NCBI GenBank assembly: GCA_963675655.1
Contig: OY776489.1
Coordinates: 2,967,501-2,991,500, forward strand
DNA from: Candidatus Limiplasma sp.
Lineage (GTDB): Bacteria; Bacillota; Clostridia; Christensenellales; Aristaeellaceae
Reading direction: 5' to 3'
DNA: 24,000 nt
The notes under the pieces were generated by a model. That model saw only the letters and a program-made list of their open reading frames with translations, was not told where the DNA came from and made no database searches. A program made the translations under genes and the position numbers. Numbering within the stretch: the first letter of the stretch is position 1; every line of letters starts with the position of its first letter. Shown piece after piece: positions 16,064 to 23,745 of this stretch.

Positions 16064-18007
16064 TTAGAAGTGATCCACAAAGAACTGGGTAATCGACTTA
16101 AACCAACCGGTAACAATGGAGTTGATCGTTCTTCTTTCTGCGAGGTTATAGGAGTATAACACTTTATTCGCATCCTGCGCGTCATAGATGACAATATCTT
16201 TAAAGACCGCATCGTAGACATCGTCGAAAATATAGCGCTGTGTATATTGCTCTTCCGTATTTTCATACACTTTCGCTGCCAGGGATATCGCACCTAACTG
16301 CGTACCGGATACCTTTAGCTGGCTTACGATTGGTTTATCATCGACCCATACACTCAATCGGCTGCCTACCAAACGAATCCGCAGTTTACGCTCTTCCCGT
16401 GTGGAAGTATCGTTAACCGGATAATATGGGGTTCCGCCATCCTCCAGTGTAAGTACAGGGGTTAAATACAATTCCTGCAACTTTCGCGTTGCTTCCGCGA
16501 TCCGCTGCGGATCAGTATCGTATTGAATGATGGCCTGCTGAAGCGCAATTAAACCATTATGCTCATCTTCCTGCGTAGAAATATAGGGACCGCCGTCAAA
16601 TTCAAACAGGTTTTGGAAGAACAACTGCTCTTCGTCGTCGCCGACATCCCAAATCTCAAAATTATTATCTTCCAGGCGAATTTCGATACCATGATCCCAT
16701 TCGCGATCCGTACGAAGGCATATACTTTGCCGACCAACTAGATTACCCCGTACATAAACTGTCATATCCAAATCGGAGAACAGCTGTGTATTCATTGTTA
16801 TCTGGCCACGTCCTGCCGGTTCGGAGGTGACAATGATTTGGTTTCCTTTATACTCTGCTACGCCTTCATCCGAATACCAATGCGAAGCTTCATCTTCATC
16901 ACCGGTTACAAATTGTAGGGTATCGCCCGTATCGTCCCATATCCGCATCAGCATATGATTGGTTGAAAAATAGCTTTGCACTTGCAAACGTGTAAGGTCA
17001 TAAATGGATGAATCCAGTGTGTTTAAACAGGATCCTTCTCGATTATAGTTCATAGTGTACAAGTTCGTAATCCATTTCCGGTTCGCCTCGCTGGCAATTG
17101 CATCCGTACCGAAAGCGCCGGTATTGGCGTGCATTAGCACATACATTTCAGGTACATAGCCAATGGCATTGGTATACTCGGTACTCATCCCTTCATAATC
17201 TGCTTGAATCCGTTTTTCCAGTTCTTCGACGCTTTCAACCCGCAGCCGATCCTCATCACGGATAAAATCCATCAAATAATGGTTGTAGTCGCGCCACAGG
17301 TATTGACGGACGTCCAGAAACTCTTTTGCGTTCAACTGATCAAAGAAGTTATTATAACGGTCAAACACATTGATATAGGACAGTCGATAACCATTGCTGC
17401 CGAGTTCCCAATATGCGTTATTAATCTGCGTCTTAATATCGTCGGCCGTTATGTAATCGCTCTCTTCATCATCCAGATTATCAGCATACGTACACTCGGT
17501 CGCGCTGTAACCATGTTTTTTCAGCGTGTCAATCGCATAATCGGTTGTTTTTTTAATGCCGTCTTCAAAAAAGAGGAAGAGCGATTTTTCCGGCAGTGTA
17601 CTGTACCGCAAGTAAAAATCAGCAATATCCTGTTGTGTAATCGTTACATAACCGGATGCATGCAAAGCTTCAATCTGTTCTTTAAATGTTTCCAGATTAA
17701 CAATTTTGCTTTCCAGGCTCGTAGACGTAGTTAATCCCGGATAAGATATGGCGATAAAGCGCCGGTCTGCTCCCGCGTCCGATTGTACGGAGGGGCCGTC
17801 GCTATTGAAACTGGTATTGCTTTTACTGGTAGGGCCGCCGCTTGCCGATGTTTGAATGGAATGTACAATAGAATAGACGCCAACACCAACCGCAACGACA
17901 ATTAAAACAATCTCAATAATAGATCGCAGTAATTTTTTGCGGTTCGAGCGCTGCAAGCGTGCCTTGGATGCTCTAAAATCTTTATTGGGGTCATTTGATT
18001 CGGTCAT
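16064..18007 (-). CDS. Single-pass membrane protein with a degenerate PgaB/IcaB-like NodB module and a C-terminal beta-sandwich (lectin/LamG-like) region
   Basis: 647-aa ORF with an ATG start and GGAAGGAG 9 nt upstream. A TM helix lies at about residues 28-50. LFLFFEDGIKKTTDYAIDTLKKHGYSATE aligns with the LTFDDG...ATFF block of CE4, but the His-His motif is absent (ELGSNGYRLSY). The beta-strand-rich C-terminal half has no motif I can name; calling it lectin-like is a guess. Confidence 0.6.
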   Translation of the reverse strand: MTESNDPNKDFRASKARLQRSNRKKLLRSIIEIVLIVVAVGVGVYSIVHSIQTSASGGPTSKSNTSFNSDGPSVQSDAGADRRFIAISYPGLTTSTSLESKIVNLETFKEQIEALHASGYVTITQQDIADFYLRYSTLPEKSLFLFFEDGIKKTTDYAIDTLKKHGYSATECTYADNLDDEESDYITADDIKTQINNAYWELGSNGYRLSYINVFDRYNNFFDQLNAKEFLDVRQYLWRDYNHYLMDFIRDEDRLRVESVEELEKRIQADYEGMSTEYTNAIGYVPEMYVLMHANTGAFGTDAIASEANRKWITNLYTMNYNREGSCLNTLDSSIYDLTRLQVQSYFSTNHMLMRIWDDTGDTLQFVTGDEDEASHWYSDEGVAEYKGNQIIVTSEPAGRGQITMNTQLFSDLDMTVYVRGNLVGRQSICLRTDREWDHGIEIRLEDNNFEIWDVGDDEEQLFFQNLFEFDGGPYISTQEDEHNGLIALQQAIIQYDTDPQRIAEATRKLQELYLTPVLTLEDGGTPYYPVNDTSTREERKLRIRLVGSRLSVWVDDKPIVSQLKVSGTQLGAISLAAKVYENTEEQYTQRYIFDDVYDAVFKDIVIYDAQDANKVLYSYNLAERRTINSIVTGWFKSITQFFVDHF

Positions 18008-18124
18008 CTGTATCTGCTTCTCCTTCCGGATGGCAATGATTGGTCTTTATCAGTTCGGTTGATACTAAGTATAGGCAAGTATAATCTGTATGCAGTAATC
18101 CTGCTTTACCATAACGATTAACCA

Positions 18125-19909
18125 TTATGTTCCGCTGGCAGTCTTTTGTTTTTTCTTTTTCTTCTTGTTGCCGCGTGTACCCCAATCCGATACCCAGAAG
18201 GTGAACCAGGCATACGGCATTTGCCATAGTAAGATGGCTTCATAGTAGATTACAAACCATAAACCATAAATCCAAAGATTGCTCTTTTTGAGTCGAAGCT
18301 GTGCCAGGCTCATCAGCATGGCCATCATCAAGATACCCAACAAGAATGTCGTTGGGAAGATATGCTTTGTTATTGGAACGATGATCAGGTTGTACACCAT
18401 AATTAACGGCGCAATCAACGGTATTAATAGCCCCATATAAAACGACATAGACATCAACGGTTCTTTACGCCACATAAAAGAGCCGGCTTTCAGGCTTTCA
18501 CGCAGCCAAGAACGCTTCCAACGCATCTGCTGCTTCAAAAATACCTTTTGGCTCTTGGGAACCAGCGTAGAACAGATAGCCGTATCCTGATAGGATGTAC
18601 GGTAGTTTTTCACAACAAAGTTCGTCAAGCTGCGGTCATCACCAAAGGTTGCTTTCCGTCCAAGGAAGGTTTGGTTAACCCAGGGCTCCAATACTTCTTT
18701 TACGGCAGACAGCCGATAGCAGGACAGCGGACCGGACAGGCAGGTAACAGCATTGAAATAGGCTTCTGCTGCTTTAATAATACGGAAACTGATGTAATAA
18801 CGTACGCATTGCATCTTTGTCAGGTGGTTAGTATACGTGTTTACAACGTCTGTACGGCCGGATACACCACCCATTTTTGGATCAAACATCGGTTGTACGA
18901 GGTTGCGAATGGCATCCGGCTCCAAAAAGCTATCTGAATCCACAAAACCAATTAATTCCGTAGTTGCGTTTTTAATACCGAGTGCCATCGCCTCGCGTTT
19001 GCCCTGATTATGCTTTTGAATGAAGACGCGAATTCTGTTTTTAGTTTGGAATCGTTCATCCAAATTCCACAGCTTTGTTATGGTATCTTTTATCACTTCC
19101 ACTGAACGATCCGAAGAGCCGTCGTCTACAACAATGATCTCAAGCTTATCCAGAGGATAATCCTGATCGATACAGCTCATAATCGTACGGGCGATATATT
19201 CCTCTTCGTTAAAGCAGGGAATAACAATGGTAATGGATGGCGTATAGTTTGGATCCACCGGCACAGGTTTATACATGGAACCAAATAAATAACGCGATAA
19301 CAGGAACGATGCCGTCGCGATGGAGTATGCGTATAAAATGCTGTTTTGGTTGAAGTACATTACACTTTCCGTGCGCATCAGTACAATAACCAAGGTAACT
19401 AAAAACAAGAAGAAGATGGATATCGAAGAAAGCGCCGTATCTTTCTTTCTGCGGCGGGATATATACAACGGTTGATCAAACTGTACGGCAAAACTCTGTT
19501 TCTCAGGTGAATAGCGGACTACTTTACCTTTCACACGGTAATGATCTTCCGTACCTTCGTGCAATACGCCCGGTAAAAGCGAAAAGTCCAGCGTAAGGGA
19601 CTCGTCCATTTCTAATGCTTTGGCAAGTGCTGTTCGCGGCAACTTCATCTGTATGCCGGTTTGGGAAATATCCATACAGCGTGCAGGAAAACGCCGCCGC
19701 CCGTTTGAAGTAACAAGCACTTTAAAATTGGCAAAATAACGCTGCCCCGCATAATTTGCATACTGCGGTTTAGATTTATCCTGATGCAGATTATTACGCC
19801 GGTCCTCGGGCGCACGAATACTTGCCGGGTCGGGAACGTGAGACAGCAGCCTGCGATCCCGGCGCGGTTGAAGCATTACGTCTGTAAGGGTTGAATATTT
19901 CTTAGCCAT
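18125..19909 (-). CDS. Processive family-2 glycosyltransferase (HAS/NodC/chitin-synthase-like) with an N-terminal PilZ-like domain
   Basis: 594-aa ORF. Residues about 55-150 follow the PilZ beta-barrel pattern, with DISQTG (the D/NxSxxG motif, 19655-19672). Two TM helices follow. The GT2 core has VIPCFNEE, VVDDGSSD, FVDSDS, GDDRSLTNF (18623-18643) and QQMRWKRSW (QxxRW, 18518-18532). It ends with three or more C-terminal TM helices and a Lys-rich tail. Confidence 0.85.
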   Translation of the reverse strand: MAKKYSTLTDVMLQPRRDRRLLSHVPDPASIRAPEDRRNNLHQDKSKPQYANYAGQRYFANFKVLVTSNGRRRFPARCMDISQTGIQMKLPRTALAKALEMDESLTLDFSLLPGVLHEGTEDHYRVKGKVVRYSPEKQSFAVQFDQPLYISRRRKKDTALSSISIFFLFLVTLVIVLMRTESVMYFNQNSILYAYSIATASFLLSRYLFGSMYKPVPVDPNYTPSITIVIPCFNEEEYIARTIMSCIDQDYPLDKLEIIVVDDGSSDRSVEVIKDTITKLWNLDERFQTKNRIRVFIQKHNQGKREAMALGIKNATTELIGFVDSDSFLEPDAIRNLVQPMFDPKMGGVSGRTDVVNTYTNHLTKMQCVRYYISFRIIKAAEAYFNAVTCLSGPLSCYRLSAVKEVLEPWVNQTFLGRKATFGDDRSLTNFVVKNYRTSYQDTAICSTLVPKSQKVFLKQQMRWKRSWLRESLKAGSFMWRKEPLMSMSFYMGLLIPLIAPLIMVYNLIIVPITKHIFPTTFLLGILMMAMLMSLAQLRLKKSNLWIYGLWFVIYYEAILLWQMPYAWFTFWVSDWGTRGNKKKKKKQKTASGT

Positions 19910-19940
19910 GACTTAAAACCTCTTCGCTCGTTGCGTGCGG

Positions 19941-21611
19941 TCAGTTGGTAACATAGTTACGAATAAAATCAATCCACTTCTCGCAACCTTCGTCACTGAT
20001 ATGAAACCCATATGTTTCCGTATCCAAACAAAAATTCTCCGTTAGATCTCCTTTTGCATTTCGTAGCGGATACGCAACGTCTAAAAATGGAATGTCATAC
20101 TGTAAACAGAATTTGTACATTGCAAGATTGTAGCTGAATATTTTGCCGTTGTTTGGTTTGGTATAGCGATCTTCAATACCGGGCGGAACAGACTCCAGCC
20201 AAATGGTGATATCCGGGTTCGCCTGGCGAATTTCATAAACCAACAGCTTGAGATTGTCAATAAACTGCTCTGGTGAATAGCCGCTTATATCCGTTTGCCC
20301 CGGCATAATAATTGCATTCTTCGCGCCAAGCTGCTTCAGCCCTTGCGCAACTGTTACGCTTTCCCCATTAATTGTCGGATGTTCGACGTTGCTGTTTACC
20401 GGCAGCAAAGACAGCCCAATACTGAAGTTATTGGTAGTCAGGAATTGCGTATCTCCCAGATATTCCGGCTGTGTTAAACGGCGCCACTCTACATAATCCT
20501 GCAAGCCCATGGTAATCGAATCGCCGATAAACACGACATTTTGCGCTAGCTTTCCATCTACGACGGCTGTTTCGTCTGCTGTTGCTTCGGGGTCTGCGGT
20601 TACTTGCGGTTGTTTGGGTATATTCATCAAGGCACTGTCTGTAACCGGAAGGGTATAGTTATCCGCATCCAGCATCGCCAGTGTATCAGCATCCAGTTCG
20701 GCAGGATTGTCAAACATGGTAATATGTTCCCGTTGTAAACGCTGCGGCGTAACAATGGTGTAATCCATCTCGTCCAGTGCCTGCAGCAGCCAGCCAACCA
20801 CATTGGTTACATTGGCGTATGTATTGGCAATGGTGTCTTCCATCCGGTCGGATAACATCGGCGGCGGGTCTATCGCACGGTTGTCCATAATGTCCTCAAT
20901 ACCTTGATATTCATCTGCATCCAGCGCCTGACCCAGTTTGATGGTAATAATAGACCCACGAACCAGTTTTTGTACCCAGGCCAGCGCATCTTCATACGTG
21001 CCAAAGCTTGCATGGTTTAAAAACACGTTTGGTTGAACGCCTGCCTCCAAGCCGGTATAAGATGCTGCCTGCATAACCTCTTGCGTATATTCGGTTCCGT
21101 TACAGCGGAACAGGGTTGGCAGCTTACCGATTGCCTTTGAAATCAGCTCCTGTCCACGTTGAAACTGGTGTATATTCGTTAGAACATCATTGTCCTGCAT
21201 ATCTTTTTCGCCGTTCAAGCCGTAATTGCCAACCGTAAAGCCCTGACTGGCAATCTGCTTAACCGTCTCAGCATGCTCATCCGCAACAATGCCACTGATA
21301 AAGAATATAGCAGTTGCATTTTCTCTTTTCATTTCACTTGCAACAGTCTGCACCGTGTTATCGTCAATATAGCCTTCCAATATAATGCTGACGACACGTT
21401 TGTTGGTGATTACGTTCCCATACAACACGGCAGGTTCGTTTACCAGTGTTGGCGCTGGCGTCAGCGAAGCGTGAATCAGCTCCGGTGTAGCCGATTGGCT
21501 TATGGTATATCCTTGTTCCTGTGTACATCCGCTCAGAAACAACATACTGCCGCAAAGAAGAACCAGTATTAAATAGCGAAAGATTTTCAATGAAAATATC
21601 CGTTTCTTCAT
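19941..21611 (-). CDS. Lipoprotein fusing a degenerate NodB-like module to a C-terminal SGNH/GDSL hydrolase domain
   Basis: Signal peptide with lipobox LFLSGC. The N-terminal module VVSIILEGY...ATAIFFISG...GFTVGNYGLNG has the NodB pattern without the catalytic Asp and His residues. The C-terminal part has VVFIGDSITMGL (SGNH block I with the nucleophile Ser) and ...YGFHISDEG (block V His). The start overlaps the upstream stop (ATGA). Confidence 0.7.
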   Translation of the reverse strand: MKKRIFSLKIFRYLILVLLCGSMLFLSGCTQEQGYTISQSATPELIHASLTPAPTLVNEPAVLYGNVITNKRVVSIILEGYIDDNTVQTVASEMKRENATAIFFISGIVADEHAETVKQIASQGFTVGNYGLNGEKDMQDNDVLTNIHQFQRGQELISKAIGKLPTLFRCNGTEYTQEVMQAASYTGLEAGVQPNVFLNHASFGTYEDALAWVQKLVRGSIITIKLGQALDADEYQGIEDIMDNRAIDPPPMLSDRMEDTIANTYANVTNVVGWLLQALDEMDYTIVTPQRLQREHITMFDNPAELDADTLAMLDADNYTLPVTDSALMNIPKQPQVTADPEATADETAVVDGKLAQNVVFIGDSITMGLQDYVEWRRLTQPEYLGDTQFLTTNNFSIGLSLLPVNSNVEHPTINGESVTVAQGLKQLGAKNAIIMPGQTDISGYSPEQFIDNLKLLVYEIRQANPDITIWLESVPPGIEDRYTKPNNGKIFSYNLAMYKFCLQYDIPFLDVAYPLRNAKGDLTENFCLDTETYGFHISDEGCEKWIDFIRNYVTN

Positions 21612-22318
21612 GACAATACTTCCCCCGACTCCTCATGGGTCGCAGAGGGGTCTGCAACGCGGTTCAGCGACATGTGCGAATTATCAATCTGTTGCAGCAC
21701 ATCGATAGAAGCGTCCAATTCTCTTTCCATACCGCGGAATTGCTCGGCAAGGTCTTTTTTAAACTGCAAAGCGCTGTAGTAAGCTGCTCGGCAAGCAGAA
21801 ACCAGTTGCCTGCGCTGTTCATTGGCCTGCTGCATCATCCGCTCACTGTCCATATTAGCCCGGGCAACAATTTGATCTGCCCGTTGCACAGCTTGCGCCA
21901 CTACATCTTCAGCACTCTGTTTTTCCAGATAAGCAATTTGCTCGTTCATATGGTCGATCCGGTTTTGCAGGCGTGCCACCTCTGCGTTCAGCTGAGTGAT
22001 ATGCTCGCTTTGCGCAGTATTTTCTCCGCTGGCTTGGGTAAGCTCATCACCAATCGCAGCTAGCTTATGCTGTTGATTGGTGATGATGCTTTCCTGCTGC
22101 TTTGTTTTTTCGCGCAGGGAAACAAGCATCGCTTCCTGGCTTTTATTTGTATTAAGCAGTTGCTGGTATTGCGTTTCTAACTTTAACTGCTTGCTACGTT
22201 CAATTTCTGCTTCATCCGCCAGATCGTTCAAGTGGCGGTCAACCTCGTCAACCAGATAATATTTTCGCCGCTTTACTGTAAATCCGTAATCTGCGTAATC
22301 ATCAATCGTCTTGTTCAT
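21608..22318 (-). CDS. DivIVA-domain coiled-coil protein
   Basis: The N-terminus ...YGFTVKRRKYYLVDEVDRHLNDLADE fits the DivIVA N-terminal pattern (F..x.RGY..xEVDxfLd). The remainder is a long Q/E/A-rich heptad-like coiled coil. Confidence 0.7.
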   Translation of the reverse strand: MNKTIDDYADYGFTVKRRKYYLVDEVDRHLNDLADEAEIERSKQLKLETQYQQLLNTNKSQEAMLVSLREKTKQQESIITNQQHKLAAIGDELTQASGENTAQSEHITQLNAEVARLQNRIDHMNEQIAYLEKQSAEDVVAQAVQRADQIVARANMDSERMMQQANEQRRQLVSACRAAYYSALQFKKDLAEQFRGMERELDASIDVLQQIDNSHMSLNRVADPSATHEESGEVLS

Positions 22319-22342
22319 CTGGTGGATCGCCTCCTTGTTTGA

Positions 22343-23401
22343 TTAGAATAGCTTAGGAAGTAAGCCAAATTTGTATAATGCATAAGCTACGGAAATAATA
22401 GCGGCAATCATTAATATGCCGTTTAGCAGCGTGAAGAGCAAAACGGGTTTCCCAGAGTCCTTCTGCTTCCACTGTGAGTTGGGAGCCTGGATATAATCGT
22501 CCCATCTTGAGGCGCGTTTTTCGCCAGCATTCTCGACCGTTTCGGTTGCAGATGATTTGTTGTTTTTATCCATGTCAGGCGTCCACATATCTGTTTCTTC
22601 CGGATTATAATCCACTTTGTCAACGGCAGTGTCTTCTGCACTGCGGACCGCCTGTTTTACCTGCTGTGTATACGTTGTGGGTACGAACTGCTGTATATTC
22701 TCTTTTGCTACGTCGGATGATACCGTTACGCTCTCCATAGAAGGTGACGGACCGGAAAATTGGATTGTTACCGTTGTTTGCGGCTGAACCGTTCCCGGTA
22801 CAGAAACTGGTTGTACCGGCACAGCTACCGTGTTGCGCTGTTCCTGTATAACCACAGTTTCTTCTGCCTTTGGCGCTTCCTGTATGGCAGATGCTACACT
22901 CTGCTGCTGCGGTACGTTTACCACTGTGTTATTTACAGGCTGTGGCGGCTGTGTATACACAGGCTGATTGATCTGCGTAGCCGCAACGGGAACAGACTGC
23001 TGCCGCGTTATCGGTTGCGCCTGCAACGGACTATTTTGCCTTGGCAAACGGTTGCCGGCAACAGAGGTTGCCACAGGCTGCGCTACTCGGCGTTTGCTTT
23101 CATAACCACCCGTTGTAACCTGCTGTTTTACTGTTTGTACTTGTGTGTTTTGTGTATGACTATTCAGCTGCGCAAATAGTAAATTTACTTGTGCCGCTAA
23201 ATACATATCGCAATTTTTTGATAGGGTTCTATTGTGCGAATGCTCTCCAATATTTGAAAATACCTGTGCAGCGATACGGTGCGCTTCATTTGGTGAGTTT
23301 GTCAACTCCAATGCAGTTGAATAGACAAACAAATAATGTTCTTTTCGAAAGCGCTCCAATGCTTCGGGTGTATCTATGTGTATCAACCCATCTCCATTCA
23401 T
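22343..23401 (-). CDS. Tail-anchored protein of unknown function: small helical N-terminal domain, Q/P/V-rich low-complexity linker, C-terminal TM helix
   Basis: 352-aa ORF with an ATG start and GGAAGGAAGGAGG upstream. The C-terminus LLFTLLNGILMIAAIISVAYALY is a single TM helix. The N-terminal roughly 80 aa vaguely resemble a sigma-70 region-2-like helical bundle, but that resemblance is weak. Confidence 0.6.
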   Translation of the reverse strand: MNGDGLIHIDTPEALERFRKEHYLFVYSTALELTNSPNEAHRIAAQVFSNIGEHSHNRTLSKNCDMYLAAQVNLLFAQLNSHTQNTQVQTVKQQVTTGGYESKRRVAQPVATSVAGNRLPRQNSPLQAQPITRQQSVPVAATQINQPVYTQPPQPVNNTVVNVPQQQSVASAIQEAPKAEETVVIQEQRNTVAVPVQPVSVPGTVQPQTTVTIQFSGPSPSMESVTVSSDVAKENIQQFVPTTYTQQVKQAVRSAEDTAVDKVDYNPEETDMWTPDMDKNNKSSATETVENAGEKRASRWDDYIQAPNSQWKQKDSGKPVLLFTLLNGILMIAAIISVAYALYKFGLLPKLF

Positions 23402-23745
23402 GGGCTGTCCTCCTTCCTTCCCGGTGCCTGCTACTACAAATTGCTGCTTTGGGAAACAATGTTTTCCCGCCTACGCTTACACTTTTTGCATAACATTATT
23501 TACTCTGCAAAAAGTATAAAACTCCCGGTATCTCTTACGTGACAGAAGGAAAAGTTATGGCCGAACAACCTACCTGTTTATAAGCGAATAAACCCCCGCT
23601 GATAATGCCATATACATATACTCGGTGCGCTTCGTTCATTGATTGCAACAGACTGTATCCATATACAACCAAATCATTATAAACCGAATTGTCTGGCCTT
23701 TCGCCTCCTATACCGGCACGCTGATAAGCCTTGTTCTTCAATTTG

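Noticed and set aside
18144-18169. Homopolymer-rich tract encoding the Lys-rich C-terminal tail of the GT2 (KKKKKKQK), considered as a phase-variation switch
   Set aside because: The longest run is only 6 nt, and it lies in the last 16 codons. A frameshift there would barely alter the protein.
17991-18227. The 78-aa track ORF, and its internal 44-aa version starting at the TAATG overlap with the GT2 stop (ATG at 18125-18123)
   Set aside because: It has no SD and a non-hydrophobic, motif-less sequence. It overlaps the RBS and start of the next gene and largely lies inside the GT2 coding region in another frame.
23402-23739. c-di-GMP riboswitch (GEMM-I or class II) in the operon leader
   Set aside because: I looked for the conserved GGCAAAC...GACGCAAAGC-type blocks and a tetraloop/receptor arrangement and did not see them. 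A covariance-model scan would be needed to exclude one properly.
23535-23741. 68-aa ORF as a protein-coding gene
   Set aside because: Its TTG start lies at or 1-2 nt upstream of the predicted transcription start, with no SD and no in-frame alternative start behind the AGGAGG in the region. It is more likely a decayed duplicate fragment within the leader, and is reported as a finding rather than a CDS.
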